A stretch of 64,000 bases of DNA from Octopus sinensis (taxonomy: Eukaryota). The number at the start of each line of letters is the position of its first letter. Within the stretch, counting starts at the first letter, position 1. The stretch covers positions 22,010,001-22,074,000 of the forward strand of contig NC_043013.1 of NCBI RefSeq assembly GCF_006345805.1. Direction: 5' to 3'. Shown here piece by piece: positions 58,881-64,000 of this stretch. Both the position numbers and the translations under genes were made by a program. The notes beneath the pieces were generated by a model. That model was not told the DNA's origin. It did not search any database and saw nothing but the letters and a program-made list of their open reading frames with translations.

Positions 58881-59689
58881 GATGATGAGGATTTCTTTTT
58901 TTTAGTCACAGGTACAAGTTTATTAGCCACACAGCCACACCTGGAAAACAGTTTACTTGGCTGTTGGCACTGATTGCAGAAAGAAGACACAGAGACAAAA
59001 AAAAAAAAGAGGTTCCTAGGGGAGTGACAGGTAGAGTAAAACAGGTGAAGGAGGGAGTGCAGAGGGGAAAAGGAGTAGTGTGAGAGGGTCATAAATGAAA
59101 GTGAGCTGGGAGAAAGGAAACAAACAACCAAAAAAAACAAAAAAATGAACAGCAACAGGATGTTCAGTAGAATGTTCTAAATACAGAAACTGACCCATCC
59201 CCCTTCGCTGCCATCCTTCATGTACTTGCTTGCTTCTTCACCCATGCAGTTGTTTATATAGGTGTATATATGGCTTAGTTTCTGTATCTGTGGCTGCTTT
59301 TATTGCTGGGTGTGTTTCTTTTTGTGTTTGCTGGTGTTTTGAAACAGTTCCTCCTATCACTGTGTGTGTGTGTGTGTGTGATCGTTAATGTCTTTCTCTC
59401 TATTCACCTGACTATTGCTCCACCTACGTCAGAACATGCTATTTTCATAAAATTCTGACCAGCATCCTGTTGCTGTCCATTGTCTCTTACCTGGTCTCTT
59501 TCTGTCTGCTTCTCTCTCTCTCACCCTCTCTCTCTCTCTCTCTCTCTCTCTGATTCCTTGCTTTCATATTTTAACCCCTCTTACAGTAGTCTCCTCTCCT
59601 TCAACACCTCCATCCATTTCTTTTGCTGCTCCACACATCACACCCCACAACTCTCCTTCATCATGTCTCCTTCATCCTTTGCTTACTTC

Positions 59690-59880
59690 GGCAGTGAGTG
59701 ACCAGCTAGAATCAGTAACGAAGATGGCAAAATGCTTAGCAGCATTTATGCCATCTTCGTGTTCTGAGTTCAAATACCATTGAGGTCAACTTTGCCTTTT
59801 AATCTTTCAGGGTCGATAAAATAAGTACCAGGTGAACACTGGGGTCAATGTAATTGATCTCTCCCCTTCTACCCACTCAC
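59690..59880 (+). mobile_element. SINE, same family as 61072
   Basis: Reads gttctgagttcaaataccattgaggtcaactttgcctttaatctttcagggtcgataaaataagtacc. Confidence 0.8.
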
Positions 59881-60242
59881 TTGAAAGTGCTGGCTTTGTG
59901 CCAAGTGTTTGCAACTAATGTTCTTACCTTACAACCAACAGCCCCACCACTGCTACCATCTTTCTGTAACTATACATTGAAAGGCAACACCTGAGACATT
60001 ACACTTTCCGCTTCTCTCTGCAATCACACTCATTAACGTTTCTTGAAGTTTCCTTCAGACTGATGGTTGCTGAAACAGAAGACTCATTAGCTTTCACAGA
60101 TCCTGGATTTAACCTTACACTGGAATATATATTTTGTTGAACCAGAAGGAATGAAGGATAAAGTTCAATCGAGAAGGATTTGAACTCGGAATGTAAACTG
60201 ATGAAATTAAATACTTATCACAAGGAATTGTCTTTTCTTTCA

Positions 60243-60715
60243 AATCATCATCATCATCATTTAACATCCGCTTTCCATGCTAGCATGGGTTGGACGAATG
60301 ACTGAGGGCTGGCGAACCAGATGGCTGCACCAGGCTTCAAACTTGATCTGGCAGAGTTTCTACAGCTGGATGCCCTTCTTAACGCCAACCACTCCAAGAG
60401 TGTAGTGGGTGCTTTAAATGCCACCAGCACAGGGCCAGTCAGGTGGTACTGGCAACGACCTCGCTCGAATCTTTTACACGTGTCACTGGCACAGGTACCA
60501 GTAAGGCGATGCTGGTAACGATCATGCTCGGATGGTGCTCTTAATGCCCTACTAGTACGGGGCTTGAGTGCCAGTAAGGCAATGCTGGTAATGATCCCAC
60601 TCGAATGGTGCCTTTTAAGTGCCACTGGCACTGAAGCCGGTTAGCCACTCTGTCAATGATCACACTCGTATGGTGCTCTTTGCACCCCGCTAGCACGGAT
60701 GCCAGTCATCGAATT
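60243..60715 (-). mobile_element. (GAT)n-tailed repeat with internal minisatellite, second copy
   Basis: Homologous to the copies at 57058 and 63215. Confidence 0.85.
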
Positions 60716-61071
60716 TGATTTTGATTTTGATTTTGATAACTTGTAATGATTCATTCATTCCTGAAATTATTGGTTTCAAATTCTGGCCAGTAATTCCAGT
60801 GAAATGTAAATCAATAACTTCAACCCCAGTGTTCAACTGGTACTTATTTTATTGACCATGAAAGGGTGAAAGGCAGAATTTGAACCTTGGCAGAATTTGA
60901 ACTCAGAACCTAACGATGGACAAAATGTCATTCTGCCAGCTCATCACCAAACTCCTTTCTGAAATTATTGGTTTACCATCTTTTTTCTTTCTTTCTTTTT
61001 TTTTATTTATAAATACAAGACTTCAAATTTACAAAGAAACTAAGTGTGACATTCAGAGTTTGGTGTAATCT

Positions 61072-61300
61072 GTTTCTTTATTACCCACAAGGGGCTAAAC
61101 ATAGACGGGACAAACAAGGACAGACAAACGAATTAAGTCGATTACATCGACCCAGTGCGTAACTGGTACTAATTTATCGACCCCGAAAGGATGAAAGACA
61201 AAGTCGACCTTGGCGGAATTTGAACTCAGAATGTAAAGTCAGATGAAATACAGCTAAGCATTTTGTCCAGCGTGCTAACGTTTCCGCCAGCTCGCTGCTT
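61072..61300 (-). mobile_element. SINE, most complete copy of the family in this window
   Basis: The minus strand has a tRNA-like head with ttctgagttcaaattccgcc, the core aggtcgactttgtctttcatcctttcggggtcgataaattagtaccag, and the tail gtgggtaataaagaaac. Confidence 0.85.
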
Positions 61301-61938
61301 CTGTCTTTGAACAATATTAAATGAAATTCCCATCAAAGTAAACACCAGTAGAATACATAAAGTTAGTTCTCAATATAATGCAACTCCAGACACAGAGTGT
61401 ATAGCAAGCCCAGACATATGAGTGTATAACAACATTAAGCACTTAGTGTATGGCAGGGATGGAAGCAGCCTCAACCAGGCTGTGTAGAAACTCCAGCTTA
61501 CATGACATGCTGACTATTAAATGGTTGTCTGCCATTTTCAATATATTCTGATCAAAGACAGAAGTAATCTTATGAACAAAGGTGATAGATCTTCAAGTCC
61601 TAAATCCTGTTGCTTTAGGACTTGAAGACGACTCGAACAATAAAGAGGATGATCCCTTTGAATGTTTCTTTGGCTTGATGACCTTTCACTGATTGTCTTC
61701 ATTTGGTTGGCTTCTGTCATCTAATTAGCTTGATTATAATGTAGAATTGTGCCAAAACAACAAAGAAACAAGAGAAAACATCCACGACAAATCACAGTCA
61801 AAAGCATGATATTTGTAGAATATCTGCCTATTTTATTTAACCTTTTCTTACCATTTTTCTGTTGGAACACACTGTTTTTGTTTCCACTGATTTTCAAAAT
61901 AATGAAGAATTCAATAAAACTAACTTCATCATTATTAA

Positions 61939-62160
61939 CCTCTTTGTTACCATATTTCTGTTCAGATGTTGTGTGTTTCTTTCAATTAATTTTAAATATA
62001 ACAAAGAATTTAGTAAAATAACTGGGTTATCATTAAGCTAGTCTTAGGAATATAAAATGTGACTGAGGTTTGGTGGAAGATTTTAATTCAGATCTTTTGA
62101 AAACAAGACATTTGTACTACAGAGCAAGAGGTGGCCTCAGCCAGGTTGGTAACAAAAGGG
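61939..62160. mobile_element. piggyBac-type MITE, 222 bp, with further partial copies and a related TTAA-CCC element out to about 62645
   Basis: Ends are TTAA|CCTCTTTGTTACCA and TGGTAACAAAAGGG|TTAA. A second right end is at 62340-62344. Confidence 0.8.
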
Positions 62161-63214
62161 TTAAAGACATCAAACAAAATGCTCAGCAGCACTTCTTTCA
62201 GCTCTTTATGTTCTGGGTTCCAATACTGTCTTGGTCATCTTTGCCTTTTATCCTTGTGACTAAGATTTGGTGGAAGATTTTAATTCAGGTTTTTTGAAAA
62301 CAAGTCAGAGGTGGCCTCAGCCAGGTTGGTATCAAAAGGGTTAAGCAAGTATTTAGAGCATAAATTAAAAAGAAATTTAGATTGAAGGTGTTAACTTAGA
62401 TCATTTTAACCCTTTAGAATTGAAACTGATCACATCTGGCCCAAATATTGCACTTATTTCATGTTCAGACTGGGCAGATCCAGTCCCGCATACGTATTCT
62501 ACAATGTCCTTCTACAAACAAACAATCACATCTTTGGAATCTTGAAGCTTTGAGGTAACACATGGTCAATTTTTGAATTGACCATGAATAAAGAAACAAA
62601 TGAATAAAGAAGCATTTGACAGAGTAATCTGAATGCAAAATGTTCAAAACAGAAAATTTCTTTCTTTGAACCAAGGTGGTTCTCAGGTGGGTTGGTATCA
62701 AGAGAATTAACTTGACCACAAAATTCTGATAATATCTTATTCTCTAAATATGTGTCTTAAATTCACATCAGATATTAAATATAAATAATAATAAAATGGG
62801 AAGTTTATGACAAAGAAAATGCATTGCTTGAGTTTATAATTTTCTGTTTCACTTTCAGTTTCAAATTTGAAGAATTTTCTTTTTCATATTTCACACCAAT
62901 AAAGGGCAATAAAACAAATCTAGTCATTTTTGGCAAAATGTTAAGTTCTGGAGACATACACAAACCAGCACTATAGTCAAGTGACAGAGTAGACAAATAC
63001 TAAGACACACACAGACACACGCACACACCTATATATATATATATATACATATATATACATATATATATATATACATTATGCTATATCTATCTATCTATCT
63101 ATCTACCTACATATCTATCTGTCCGACGAATGGCAACGTGAAACTCAGAGTAACAGGTTTTGTTGAATTTTCTGCTGCTTTAAATAAAGTATATATATAA
63201 AAGCAAGTATATAT

Positions 63215-63585
63215 ATAAAAGCACCATCCGTTTCGTGGCCGTTTGCCAGCTCTGTCTGGCCCCCGTGTTGGTGGCACGTAAAAGCACCATCCGTTCGTGT
63301 CCATTGCCAGCCTCGCCTGGCCCCCGTGCCGGTGACACGTAAAAGCACCATCCGTTCATGGCCGTTTGCCAGTTCTGTCTGGCACCTGTGTGGGTGGCAC
63401 GTAAAAAGCACCCACTACACTCATGGAGTGGTTGGCGTTAGGAAGGGCATCCAGCCGTAGAAACACTGCCAGATCTGACTGGGCCTGATGAAGCCTTCCA
63501 GCTTCACAGACCCCAGTTGAACCGTCCAACCCATGCTAGCATGGAAAACGGACGCTAAATGATGATGATAATGATGATGATGATA
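63215..63585 (+). mobile_element. (GAT)n-tailed repeat with internal 62-63 bp minisatellite (3 units), third copy
   Basis: aaaagcaccatccgtt...ggtggcacgt is repeated, then cactacactcatggagtggttggcgttaggaagggcatccagcc...aaatgatgatgat. Confidence 0.88.
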
Positions 63586-63729
63586 TATATATATATATGT
63601 ATAAATTTTTTGCGTAATGAGATAAAAAACCAAGGCTGTGTAGATGCTAGAACATTTATTGATAGAAGGTCTTACAGCTGTGTCCAGGATATTTATTAAT
63701 TATATCCCTTCATCGGGATATATATATAT

Positions 63730-63771
<42 letters not shown>

Positions 63772-64000
63772 ATGGGCTTCCATGCAGTTTCCATCTACAA
63801 AATTCAATCACAAGTCATGAGCCAACCTAGAGCTATAGAAGACACTTACCAAAGGTGCCATACAGTTGGACTGAACCCAAAACGATGTAAGAGTATGCAT
63901 GTAAGTGTATGTATGTATATGTACACACACACACAGACACATACACCTAAAATGGAGTAGTGTATAAGTTTGGGCTGTTAGCTGAACCCTTAGCCACAAT

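Noticed and set aside
61502-61547. 46-nt minus-strand micro-exon with a good acceptor (ctgtctttgatcag) and donor (gtaagc)
   Set aside because: It is isolated, with no partner exons or recognisable product, and such site pairs arise by chance in 64 kb.

Overview
This is AT-rich, repeat-dense eukaryotic DNA. The repeat complement (R4/Dong LINEs in TAA microsatellites, tRNA-headed SINEs, TTAA-flanked MITEs) looks like an octopus genome, which is an inference. Almost every long ORF in the track is either microsatellite translation or decayed transposon. The host genes are hidden as short spliced exons on the + strand. Five PAN/Apple-domain exons lie at 867-1097, 6470-6661, 19697-19954, 33901-34125 and 37836-38026, all with phase-1 GT-AG boundaries. 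They form two tandem paralogous units. Unit A is the 3' end of a gene; unit B encodes PAN-PAN-PAN and may have a first coding exon at 13828-13858. The penultimate exons of A and B are only about 36% identical in protein, whereas the terminal exons are about 87% identical and sit in a recently duplicated or homogenised 1.5-2 kb block, giving a variable/constant layout. The unit A terminal exon has a +1 T frameshift. The rest of the window holds many Dong/R4 copies (one near full length, plus a nested cluster in a TAA array), L1/Tx1, L2-like and CR1/Jockey-like LINE remnants, two mariners, a hAT fragment, Helitrons, a Gypsy gag with LTR, MITEs, SINEs and microsatellites. No rRNA, true tRNA or CRISPR array was found.
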